A DNA stretch of 32,000 nucleotides from positions 1,191,371 to 1,223,370 of the forward strand of contig NZ_JBOZXB010000001.1 in NCBI RefSeq assembly GCF_051660365.1, given 5' to 3'. Made by a program: the position numbers and the translations under genes. The stretch comes from Oleiharenicola lentus (GTDB taxonomy: Bacteria; Verrucomicrobiota; Verrucomicrobiia; Opitutales; Opitutaceae). The notes beneath the pieces were generated by a model. The model did no database searches. It saw only the letters and a program-made list of their open reading frames with translations, and was not told the origin of the DNA. Positions within the stretch are counted from its first letter, which is position 1. Each line of letters starts with the position of its first letter. Below, piece after piece: positions 1 through 7,341 of this stretch.

Positions 1-348
1 AAAAATCTCAGCGACGTAAAAGTCACCGATCTCACCGCGCAAACGTTCGCGGTTTTTATCGTGAGCACATGGGGCGACGGCGAGCCGCCGGGCGACGCGC
101 AGGATTTCCAGGATCAATTGCTCGCCGCGAACGCGCCGCGTTTGCCGGAGTTGCGCTACGCCGTCTTCGGCCTCGGTGACCACTCCTACTCGGAATACAA
201 CGCTTTCGCCCGCCGCCTCGACGAACGCCTCGCCGCACTCGGTGCGCAACGCCAGCACGAGCGCGCCGAAGCCGATGTGCAATTCGAAGCGCCCTACGAA
301 GCGTGGGAGCCAGCCGTGCTCACCGCCGCCAAATCCGCCGCGGCCTGA
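1..348 (+). CDS. Flavodoxin-like FMN-binding domain protein, C-terminal part (5' end lies outside the window)
   Basis: Frame 1 is open from base 1 (KNLSDVKVTDLTAQTFAVFIVSTWGDGEPP...). The STWGDGEPP and FGLGDHSY motifs are typical of CysJ/MioC-type flavodoxin domains. Stop codon at 346-348. Confidence 0.7.
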   Translation, partial: KNLSDVKVTDLTAQTFAVFIVSTWGDGEPPGDAQDFQDQLLAANAPRLPELRYAVFGLGDHSYSEYNAFARRLDERLAALGAQRQHERAEADVQFEAPYEAWEPAVLTAAKSAAA

Positions 349-380
349 ACGCGCGCAATTTTTCATCAGGAAGAATTTTA

Positions 381-599
381 ATGTTCCACCGCCCGCTCAC
401 GCTCTCACTGCAACTGCCGCCCGCAACGCTTCGCGAGCAGCGCTTGAGCGTGCGCGTGGTGATCGCCGGGATTTTTTGCGGATTCGCTTTCATGCTCCTG
501 CTCGCGGCGCTCGCCGGTGCGCAGCCCGCGCGCAGCACCGTGAGTTCGCCGGCGTCACCGAGGCACGCCGCCCACTCCTCTTCATTTTCCAAACCGTGA
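381..599 (+). CDS. Hypothetical small membrane/exported protein (72 aa)
   Basis: ATG at 381 is preceded by AGGAAG 7 nt upstream. Third codon positions are strongly G/C-biased like real genes here. One hydrophobic segment (VVIAGIFCGFAFMLLLAALAGA). No family recognised. Confidence 0.3.
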   Translation: MFHRPLTLSLQLPPATLREQRLSVRVVIAGIFCGFAFMLLLAALAGAQPARSTVSSPASPRHAAHSSSFSKP

Positions 600-763
600 C
601 TCGTCCCCGACATTTTTTGTCGGGCCGCTTCCGGTTCGACTCTCTCACCCGCGTCGCTGACGCCGTATGCGCATGTCGTGGCTCGGAATCCACGTCATCG
701 ACGGCCCTGCGATGCGGGTGGGACTCTCTCTTTTAACGCGTTCGCCCTCTTTGTATCCTCCGC

Positions 764-1954
764 ATGAAACTGTTTAAGAGAATCCTGTTTTGGGTTCACC
801 TCGTCCTTGGCGTCGCCGGCGGCCTCGTCATCGCCATGCTCGCGCTCACCGGCGCGGCGATGGCCTTCGAGCCGCAAATTCTCGACTTGATCGAACCCCA
901 CGCGAACGCCGTGACGCTGATCGAGGGCGCGCCGCGCCTCACCGCGCAGCAGTTGCTCGACGGCGTAAAAGCAAAGTTCCCTGACAAAAGTCCTGGCGGC
1001 CTCGTGCTCTCCTCGGAACCGACGAAGCCGGTGCTGGTGCAAGTCGCCGGCGCGCACGCGGTGTCGGTTCACCCGCAGACCGGCGAAATCGTGAGCGAGC
1101 GCACGCCGTCGAATTTTTTCACAGTGATGCTCTTGCTCCACATTCGCCTGTCGTCGGGCGCCGTCGGCAACTGGATCGTCACGGTCAGCAATGTGTTTTT
1201 CATCCTGCTGTGCATCACCGGACTTTATCTCTGGTGGCCAAAGACGCTGCGCGCGATGAAGAGCGTCACGCGCTTCAACTTCAAATTGAAGGGCAAGGCG
1301 TTCCACTGGAACTTGCACAACGTCTCCGGTTTCTGGGCGCTCGCGGTGTTGTTCATTATTTCCGTCACGGGCCTCATGATGAGCTACCGTTGGGCGAGCG
1401 ATATTTTCTACACGGCTTCCGGCGCGCCGAAGCCCGAACCTGCGCCGGTCGTGAAACTCGCGGACGGCACGCCGCGTTATCCGCTCAACGACGCCGTCGC
1501 CCAAGCCGACGCCATCGCGCCCGGCTGGGAAACCACCGCGGTGCTTCCGCCCGGTCGCCGCAGCGGCGCTTACACGCTCATCATCCGCGAAGCCGGCCAC
1601 AGCGAGAACCAGCGCTCGCGCCTCTACCTGCACGGTGGCACCGGCGAAGTGCTGCGCTGGGATCAGTATAAAAACTACAGCCACGCCCGCAAACTCCGCA
1701 ACTACGTGCTGCCGTTGCATCAAGGCTCCATCGGTGGCGTGCCCGGACGCTTCATCGCGTTCGCCGCGTGCATCACCGCACTCACGCTCGTCATCACCGG
1801 CTACGTGCTCACGTGGAAACGTTTCGCCGCGTGGCGGACCAAACGCGCAATCGCTCGCGTAAAACCAAAAGCCCGCGCGCCGGAAATTTCCACCCCCGAC
1901 GAATTGCCCGCGCCTTCCGCGGCCTTCACCGCGTCAGCACCTACGACTCAATAA
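764..1954 (+). CDS. PepSY domain-containing transmembrane protein (PiuB/FoxB-like putative ferric-siderophore reductase)
   Basis: N-terminus (ILFWVHLVLGVAGGLVIAMLALTGAAMAF) and C-terminal helix (LPLHQGSIGGVPGRFIAFAACITALTLVITGYVL) match the PepSY-associated TM helix pattern. Sits 4 nt upstream of a TonB-dependent receptor. Confidence 0.85.
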   Translation: MKLFKRILFWVHLVLGVAGGLVIAMLALTGAAMAFEPQILDLIEPHANAVTLIEGAPRLTAQQLLDGVKAKFPDKSPGGLVLSSEPTKPVLVQVAGAHAVSVHPQTGEIVSERTPSNFFTVMLLLHIRLSSGAVGNWIVTVSNVFFILLCITGLYLWWPKTLRAMKSVTRFNFKLKGKAFHWNLHNVSGFWALAVLFIISVTGLMMSYRWASDIFYTASGAPKPEPAPVVKLADGTPRYPLNDAVAQADAIAPGWETTAVLPPGRRSGAYTLIIREAGHSENQRSRLYLHGGTGEVLRWDQYKNYSHARKLRNYVLPLHQGSIGGVPGRFIAFAACITALTLVITGYVLTWKRFAAWRTKRAIARVKPKARAPEISTPDELPAPSAAFTASAPTTQ

Positions 1955-1958
1955 TTTC

Positions 1959-4385
1959 ATGTTAACGTCACCTGCACTCACTGCCCGCACGCTTCTTGGT
2001 GTGCTGGCGCTCATCAACGCCCCGATCCTCTTCGCGCAAACCACGCCCGCCAAAGAAGAGGCTGAAGTCTTCACGCTCGATAAAATGATCGTCGAAGGGG
2101 AATCGAAAAAAATTTCCCAAGCTTACACGCCGATGAAATCCGGCGCCGCGCTGCTCGACACGCCGGCGTCCGTCAGCATCGCGACGAAGGAACTGCTCGA
2201 AGCGCAAGGCGCGACTTCGCTGCAAGACTCGATCCGCAACATCAGCGGCTTGATGCACGAGGGAAATAATTACGGCATCGGCGACCAACTCGCCATTCGC
2301 GGCCAGTCCGTTTCCTACACCTACGACGGCCTCGACGCCGGCTCGGGCGGTTCGGGCGGCGGCTCGGGCGCGACCGTGCGCTCGCTCACAAACGTCGAAC
2401 GCCTCGAAGTGCTCAAAGGCCCCGCGGGCACGCTCTACGGCATCGGCGCCGCGGGCGGCATTGTGAATCTCGTGGAGAAACGCCCGCAAGCGACCGCCGC
2501 GCGCAAATTCGAAACCTATCTCGGCCGCTGGAATACCTACGGCGCGCAACTCGATCTCACCGGCCCGCTCAGCGAAAAATTGAGCTACCGCGTGATCGCT
2601 TCGACGCGCGAAAGCGACGGCTACCGCAATTTCACGGAAGACCGCACGGAGCTTTATCCGTCGTTGATGTTTAAACCGAATCGCGACCACACGTTGCTGT
2701 TCACCGCCGCTTACATCGCGGACAAAGTGCAGGTCGATTCCAACGGCCACCCGGTGCGCATCTACGATATTCGCAGCACCGTGCCCGCGAACGTTCCCGC
2801 CGAGGACGCTACCCTGCCCAACATCCCGAACGGCCCCGGCGGCCTCCAACTCACCGACGCGCAACGCCAGCAACTCCTCGACAGTCTCGCCGCCGGCGAC
2901 GGCGGCCAGCCCTATGACCTCGGCGAAGCGAGTCTCATTTCTCCGCTCACGCGTCCGACCGAAGGCGAAGAGTTTCGCGTGAAATTCCGCCACGACTGGA
3001 CGCTCAGCGAAAACACCGCGTTCGCGCATTACGCTCAGTTCCGCTCCTACGAATCCGACTACGTCCGCACGACCGGCGCGTTCAATTATGTTTACTGGAA
3101 TCGCACCAATGTGATCAACGCCGTGCCGCGCGCGCCGCTCGTGATCAATGGCGTGCTGTATCCGTTCGCGCTACGCCGCACCGAGTATCGCAAATTGGAT
3201 TTCGCCGAGGACTCCGTGCAATATTTTGCCGAGGCGAAAAATCGTTTCGAATTTGCGAAGACGAAACACGAAGTGCTCGCGACGACCTACGGCGAATGGC
3301 GCGACTACAAAACGAAAGGCTGGAGCCTCTACGACGGCGACGACGCGCGCTCGGCCGCGAATCCCGTTCCCTACATTCTCGACATGCGAAACCCGAACTG
3401 GCCGACCGGTCGTTTCGAAGACTACGCGTTCGTGACGACCTCCGATTACACCAAAGACGTCACGGCTTACGGCGTCGGCCTGCAGGATGTCATCACGTTG
3501 CCGCACGACATCACCGTGCGCCTCGCGGGAGGTTGGAATCAGATCGATCAAGACTACGACAACAATTTCTTCACGGTCGGCGCCGACCCGATTCCCGTTT
3601 CGTCGAAAGACCAAGGTCTCCTCTACAACGCCGGCGTGAGCTGGCGCATGTTGCCGAACACCGCGCTCTTCGTTGCCGCTGCCCAAGGCCGCACCGCGCT
3701 CAGCGTGACGGGCTCTGTTGTCCTCACCAATCAACCGCCGGACAGCGAATCCGAAAATTATGAAGTCGGCGTAAAACAGGAATACCTCGGCGGCAAACTC
3801 GCGCTCTCGGCGGCGTATTTTGAAACCTCGCGCACCAACCTGCGTTACGCGAATCCGCTCTACGACAGCAACCCGTCGTCGCCGACTTATAACATTACCG
3901 TCGATCCTTTCCGCTACGACGGCAACGAGGAGACAAAAGGCGGCGAACTCGATCTCAACGTGAACATCACGCAGCGCTGGATGATCAATCTTAACGGCAC
4001 TTACCAGGACGCGCACACGCAGCAAAATCCCGGCCTGGGCACCGTCACCGGTTTGAAGAAAGGCGTGCCGCGCGTCTTCGCTTCGATCTGGGTGCAGCAC
4101 ACGCTCGCGCCCAAAGTTTTCGGCGGAAAACTGACGCTCGGCGGCGGCGTGCGCCACAACGGTCGCCGCACGATCAACGACACGTCCTTCGGCATCGCGC
4201 AGGCTTACGTGCCGCGTTACACGACGGTCGACGGCATCCTGCGCTTCGACAGCGCGAGCTTCTGGTCGGTGCAAGTGAACGCCAACAACCTCACCGACGA
4301 GCGCTACTATGAACTCGCGCAATTCCTCGGCGGCCGCCCCGGCGAACCGCTCAACGCCACGGTCACATTCACCGCGAAATTCTAA
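1959..4385 (+). CDS. TonB-dependent outer-membrane receptor (siderophore/metal type)
   Basis: Signal peptide, TonB-box-like EVFTLDKMIVEG, plug motif ERLEVLKGPAGTLYG, long beta-barrel region and a C-terminal aromatic residue (TFTAKF). Confidence 0.9.
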   Translation: MLTSPALTARTLLGVLALINAPILFAQTTPAKEEAEVFTLDKMIVEGESKKISQAYTPMKSGAALLDTPASVSIATKELLEAQGATSLQDSIRNISGLMHEGNNYGIGDQLAIRGQSVSYTYDGLDAGSGGSGGGSGATVRSLTNVERLEVLKGPAGTLYGIGAAGGIVNLVEKRPQATAARKFETYLGRWNTYGAQLDLTGPLSEKLSYRVIASTRESDGYRNFTEDRTELYPSLMFKPNRDHTLLFTAAYIADKVQVDSNGHPVRIYDIRSTVPANVPAEDATLPNIPNGPGGLQLTDAQRQQLLDSLAAGDGGQPYDLGEASLISPLTRPTEGEEFRVKFRHDWTLSENTAFAHYAQFRSYESDYVRTTGAFNYVYWNRTNVINAVPRAPLVINGVLYPFALRRTEYRKLDFAEDSVQYFAEAKNRFEFAKTKHEVLATTYGEWRDYKTKGWSLYDGDDARSAANPVPYILDMRNPNWPTGRFEDYAFVTTSDYTKDVTAYGVGLQDVITLPHDITVRLAGGWNQIDQDYDNNFFTVGADPIPVSSKDQGLLYNAGVSWRMLPNTALFVAAAQGRTALSVTGSVVLTNQPPDSESENYEVGVKQEYLGGKLALSAAYFETSRTNLRYANPLYDSNPSSPTYNITVDPFRYDGNEETKGGELDLNVNITQRWMINLNGTYQDAHTQQNPGLGTVTGLKKGVPRVFASIWVQHTLAPKVFGGKLTLGGGVRHNGRRTINDTSFGIAQAYVPRYTTVDGILRFDSASFWSVQVNANNLTDERYYELAQFLGGRPGEPLNATVTFTAKF

Positions 4386-4408
4386 TCACGCAATCCCTGC
4401 GACTCATC

Positions 4409-5095
4409 ATGAAAAAAAATTCGTTTTTCCGCCTCGCCGGCCTTGCGCTCGGCAGCTTGCTCGCGCTCGCGCCGTTCGCGCGGGCGCACTCTGTCTGGAT
4501 CGAAGACACGCCGGATCAAAAACTCGTCCTCCGGTTCGGCGAAGTCGGCGAGAAGTATGAGAAATCTCCCGGCTATCTCGATGAACTCATCCCGACCGCC
4601 GCGTGGACCGCTGACCAGGACGGCAAACTCAACGCGCTCGTGGTCGAAAAAAAATCCGATCACTACCTGCTCGGCAAAGCCACACCCGCGAAACCCACGC
4701 TCGCCGAAACGAATTTCTTCGTGATGCAGCGAGTAAAAAATCCGGGCATCTGGCCCAATATGAACGTGCGCTGGCATCCCGCTGGCGCCACGCCGCCGGT
4801 TGAACCCGCGCTCACGCTCGATCTGTTGCCCACCGGCAAGGCCGGGGAAATCCGCGTTTATTTCCGCGGCCAGCCGCTTGCGGGCGCGACCGTGAAAGTG
4901 CTCGGTCAAGGCGAGGAAGAAGGCAAAGAAGAGAAGCTCACCTCCGACGCTGAAGGCCGCATTCAGTTCACTCCGAAAAAATCCGGCCTCGTCGTCTTGA
5001 GCTGCAACCACCGCGAAAAAGCCCCCGGTTACGCGCGCGGCAAAGCCTACGAACTCGCCAGCTACACCGTCGCGCTCAGCTGGCGGCAGCCCTGA
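4409..5095 (+). CDS. DUF4198-family periplasmic protein (copy 1)
   Basis: Signal peptide ends ARA|HSVWIE, giving an HxxW start as in DUF4198. C-terminal Ig-like segment (GQPLAGATVKVLG...TSDAEGRIQF). Confidence 0.7.
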   Translation: MKKNSFFRLAGLALGSLLALAPFARAHSVWIEDTPDQKLVLRFGEVGEKYEKSPGYLDELIPTAAWTADQDGKLNALVVEKKSDHYLLGKATPAKPTLAETNFFVMQRVKNPGIWPNMNVRWHPAGATPPVEPALTLDLLPTGKAGEIRVYFRGQPLAGATVKVLGQGEEEGKEEKLTSDAEGRIQFTPKKSGLVVLSCNHREKAPGYARGKAYELASYTVALSWRQP

Positions 5096-5115
5096 CGTGA
5101 TCTCCGGCGATTGAA

Positions 5116-5805
5116 ATGACTCCCGCTCATTCTTCCTCCGCGACCGCCAAAAGTTCGCCTTTCGCTCCGCTCGCGCGCACCCCGAGTGCACGTCGGGCGT
5201 TTTGGACGAAACAGTTTTATCTCTGGCATTGGGTCAGCAGCGCCTTCGCGCTCGCCGCGATGCTGTTCTTCGCGGTCACGGGCATCACGCTCAACCACGC
5301 GGGCAGCTTCAGCGCCAAGCCGAGGGTGAAACAAACCCGTGAAACGCTGCCCGACGATCTGCGCAAAACCATCGCCGTCGCCGACCACGAAGCCGCCGAA
5401 ACCAAGCGCCCGCTGCCGGTCGAATTACGCCGCTGGCTCGACCGCAATCTCTCCGCCGATCCTGGCGCGCGCGTGGTCGAATGGAACGCCGATGAGATCT
5501 ACATCGATCTCCCGCGCCCCGGCGGCGACGGCTGGCTGACCATCGACCGCGCTTCCGGAGGGGTGCTCAAAGAAACCACCACGCGCGGCGCGATTTCCTG
5601 GCTGAACGATCTGCACAAAGGCCGGCACACCGGCACCGTGTGGATTTTGTTCATGGATTTCTTCTCCGTCGTGTCGGTGATTTTCTGCCTCACCGGCCTC
5701 GCGTTGCTGTTCGTCCACGCGCGCCGCCGCCCGATGACGTGGCCCGTCGTCGCCGCCGGACTGCTGCTGCCCGTGCTGCTCATCCTGTTTCTCATTCACC
5801 ATTAA
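5116..5805 (+). CDS. Short PepSY-like transmembrane protein (putative transmembrane electron-transfer component)
   Basis: 229 aa. Has the PepSY_TM-like helix FYLWHWVSSAFALAAMLFFAVTGITLNHAG and C-terminal LNDLHKGRHTG followed by two hydrophobic helices. Conserved His residues lie in or near the helices. Confidence 0.75.
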   Translation: MTPAHSSSATAKSSPFAPLARTPSARRAFWTKQFYLWHWVSSAFALAAMLFFAVTGITLNHAGSFSAKPRVKQTRETLPDDLRKTIAVADHEAAETKRPLPVELRRWLDRNLSADPGARVVEWNADEIYIDLPRPGGDGWLTIDRASGGVLKETTTRGAISWLNDLHKGRHTGTVWILFMDFFSVVSVIFCLTGLALLFVHARRRPMTWPVVAAGLLLPVLLILFLIHH

Positions 5806-5814
5806 TTTCAAAAT

Positions 5815-6327
5815 ATGAACGCAAAATCTCTCACGAACATCGCCGCCGGACTTGCCGGCACGGCCGCCGCCGCCTCGGCTGCGCAACTCACCGCGACCAT
5901 CGAGATTCCCCAGCTCAACGTCGCGGAATATCACCGCCCCTACGTCGCGCTCTGGCTCGAAGGCCCGGACAAAACCCACACCGACGTCGGCGTCTGGTAT
6001 GACGTCAAAATGAAGAACGACGAAGGCGAGACGTGGCTCAAGGACCTCCGCCAATGGTGGCGCAAATCCGGCCGCGAACTCGATCTCCCGATCGACGGCC
6101 TCAGCGGCCCGACGCGGCCGGTCGGCACGCATGAAGTCAAAATTCCCGCGACGCTTCTCAACACACTCGTCGATGGCGAATACGTCCTCGTCGTCGAAGC
6201 CGCGCGCGAAGTCGGCGACCGCGAACTCGTGCGCGTGCCTTTCAAATGGTCGAAGTCCGGCCAGGTCGACACCGCCGTCCGCGGCCAAAAAGAACTCGGT
6301 AACATCACCCTCCGCTCCTCCCACTGA
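5815..6327 (+). CDS. DUF2271-family exported protein, predicted ApbE flavinylation substrate
   Basis: Signal peptide (AAASA|AQ). EYHRPYVALWLEG is the hallmark DUF2271 start. Contains DGLSGPT, which resembles the Dxx[ST]GA[ST] flavinylation motif. Confidence 0.75.
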   Translation: MNAKSLTNIAAGLAGTAAAASAAQLTATIEIPQLNVAEYHRPYVALWLEGPDKTHTDVGVWYDVKMKNDEGETWLKDLRQWWRKSGRELDLPIDGLSGPTRPVGTHEVKIPATLLNTLVDGEYVLVVEAAREVGDRELVRVPFKWSKSGQVDTAVRGQKELGNITLRSSH

Positions 6328-6339
6328 TTTTCCCAACCT

Positions 6340-7260
6340 ATGAACACCCTTCATCTCCTCACCCTCGGCGCCGCCCTTCTCGTCGGCGTTTCTTCCGCCC
6401 ATGCGCATCGCGTGTGGATTCTCCCCGCCGTCACCGTCCACTCGGGCGCCGACCAGTGGGTTTCGTTCGAAGCCGCGGTTTCGAATAATTTGTTTTTCCC
6501 GAATCATCGGCCCGTGCAACTCGCGTCGATCGAAGTGAAAGGCCCGGACGGCGCGCCCGTTGAAATCGCCAATGCCACGGCGGGCGAAATCCGGAGTTCG
6601 TTCGAACTGCATCTCCAAAAACAAGGCACCTACGTCGTGTCGCTGAAACCAAGCCAGGGACGTCGCCCGATGGGCGGCGGCACACCCGCCGGTCCCGGCG
6701 CTCCCGCCAACGGCAATGTGCCCGCGCAAAAATCCGGCGGCCCGGGAGCCGGCGGCCAAGGCGGCCTCACCGGCACTTACGAAGAAAACGGCAAAACCGA
6801 ACGCTGGCGCGGCACGCCGGAAACGCTGGTCTCCGAAGGCGTCACGAAAAAACCGAATTTTAAACTTCGCGAAAGCGGCGGTCGCAAAGTCGTGACTTTC
6901 GTCACGCTCGGCAAACCGACAACCGACGTGCTCAAGCCCGAAGGCAAAGGGCTCGAAATCGACTACGTCACGCACCCGAACGATCTTTTCGCCGGCGAGC
7001 CCGCGACGTTCCGCTTCCTCATCGATGGCAAGCCCGCCGCCAACGCCGAAGTCACCGTCGTGCGCGGCGACGATCGTTATCGCAACGAAGCCGGCGACGT
7101 CACCTTGCGCGCCGACGCCGAGGGAATCGTAAAAATCGAGTGGCCCGTGCCGGGACGCTACTGGCTCGAAGCCACCGCGACCGCCGCCGGCACGTTGCAC
7201 GGCGCACCCTCCGAAAAATCGTTCACCTACATCGCAACCTACGAAGTGCTGCCGCAGTAA
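6340..7260 (+). CDS. DUF4198-family periplasmic protein (copy 2, with Gly/Pro-rich insertion)
   Basis: Signal peptide ends AHA|HRVWILP. C-terminal Ig-like segment (GKPAANAEVTVVRGD...ADAEGIVKIEW). Paralogous in layout to 4409-5095. Confidence 0.75.
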   Translation: MNTLHLLTLGAALLVGVSSAHAHRVWILPAVTVHSGADQWVSFEAAVSNNLFFPNHRPVQLASIEVKGPDGAPVEIANATAGEIRSSFELHLQKQGTYVVSLKPSQGRRPMGGGTPAGPGAPANGNVPAQKSGGPGAGGQGGLTGTYEENGKTERWRGTPETLVSEGVTKKPNFKLRESGGRKVVTFVTLGKPTTDVLKPEGKGLEIDYVTHPNDLFAGEPATFRFLIDGKPAANAEVTVVRGDDRYRNEAGDVTLRADAEGIVKIEWPVPGRYWLEATATAAGTLHGAPSEKSFTYIATYEVLPQ

Positions 7261-7295
7261 ACGCCAGTCACTCAACCGCAGCCACCACCCAGGAA

Positions 7296-7322
7296 ATGAC
7301 ACGTAATACGTGTCATGTTTTT
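7296..7322 (+). terminator. Hairpin plus T-run after DUF4198 copy 2
   Basis: ATGACACGTA-A-TACGTGTCAT is a near-perfect palindrome at 7296-7316, followed by G and TTTTT at 7318-7322. Confidence 0.5.
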
Positions 7323-7341
7323 CGGCTCACTTTTTTAAAGC

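Noticed and set aside
695-4322. Long minus-strand ORFs (695-1723, 1968-3029, 3171-4322) opposite the PepSY and TonB-receptor genes
   Set aside because: They have the same shadow-ORF composition and no recognisable domains. The plus-strand products have unambiguous PepSY and TonB-receptor features.
5425-7302. 625-aa ORF on the minus strand spanning four plus-strand genes
   Set aside because: Its Arg/Gly/Ala-rich, repetitive, motif-free translation is typical of a shadow ORF in high-GC DNA. It lies antisense to four plus-strand genes that each carry clear family motifs and signal peptides.
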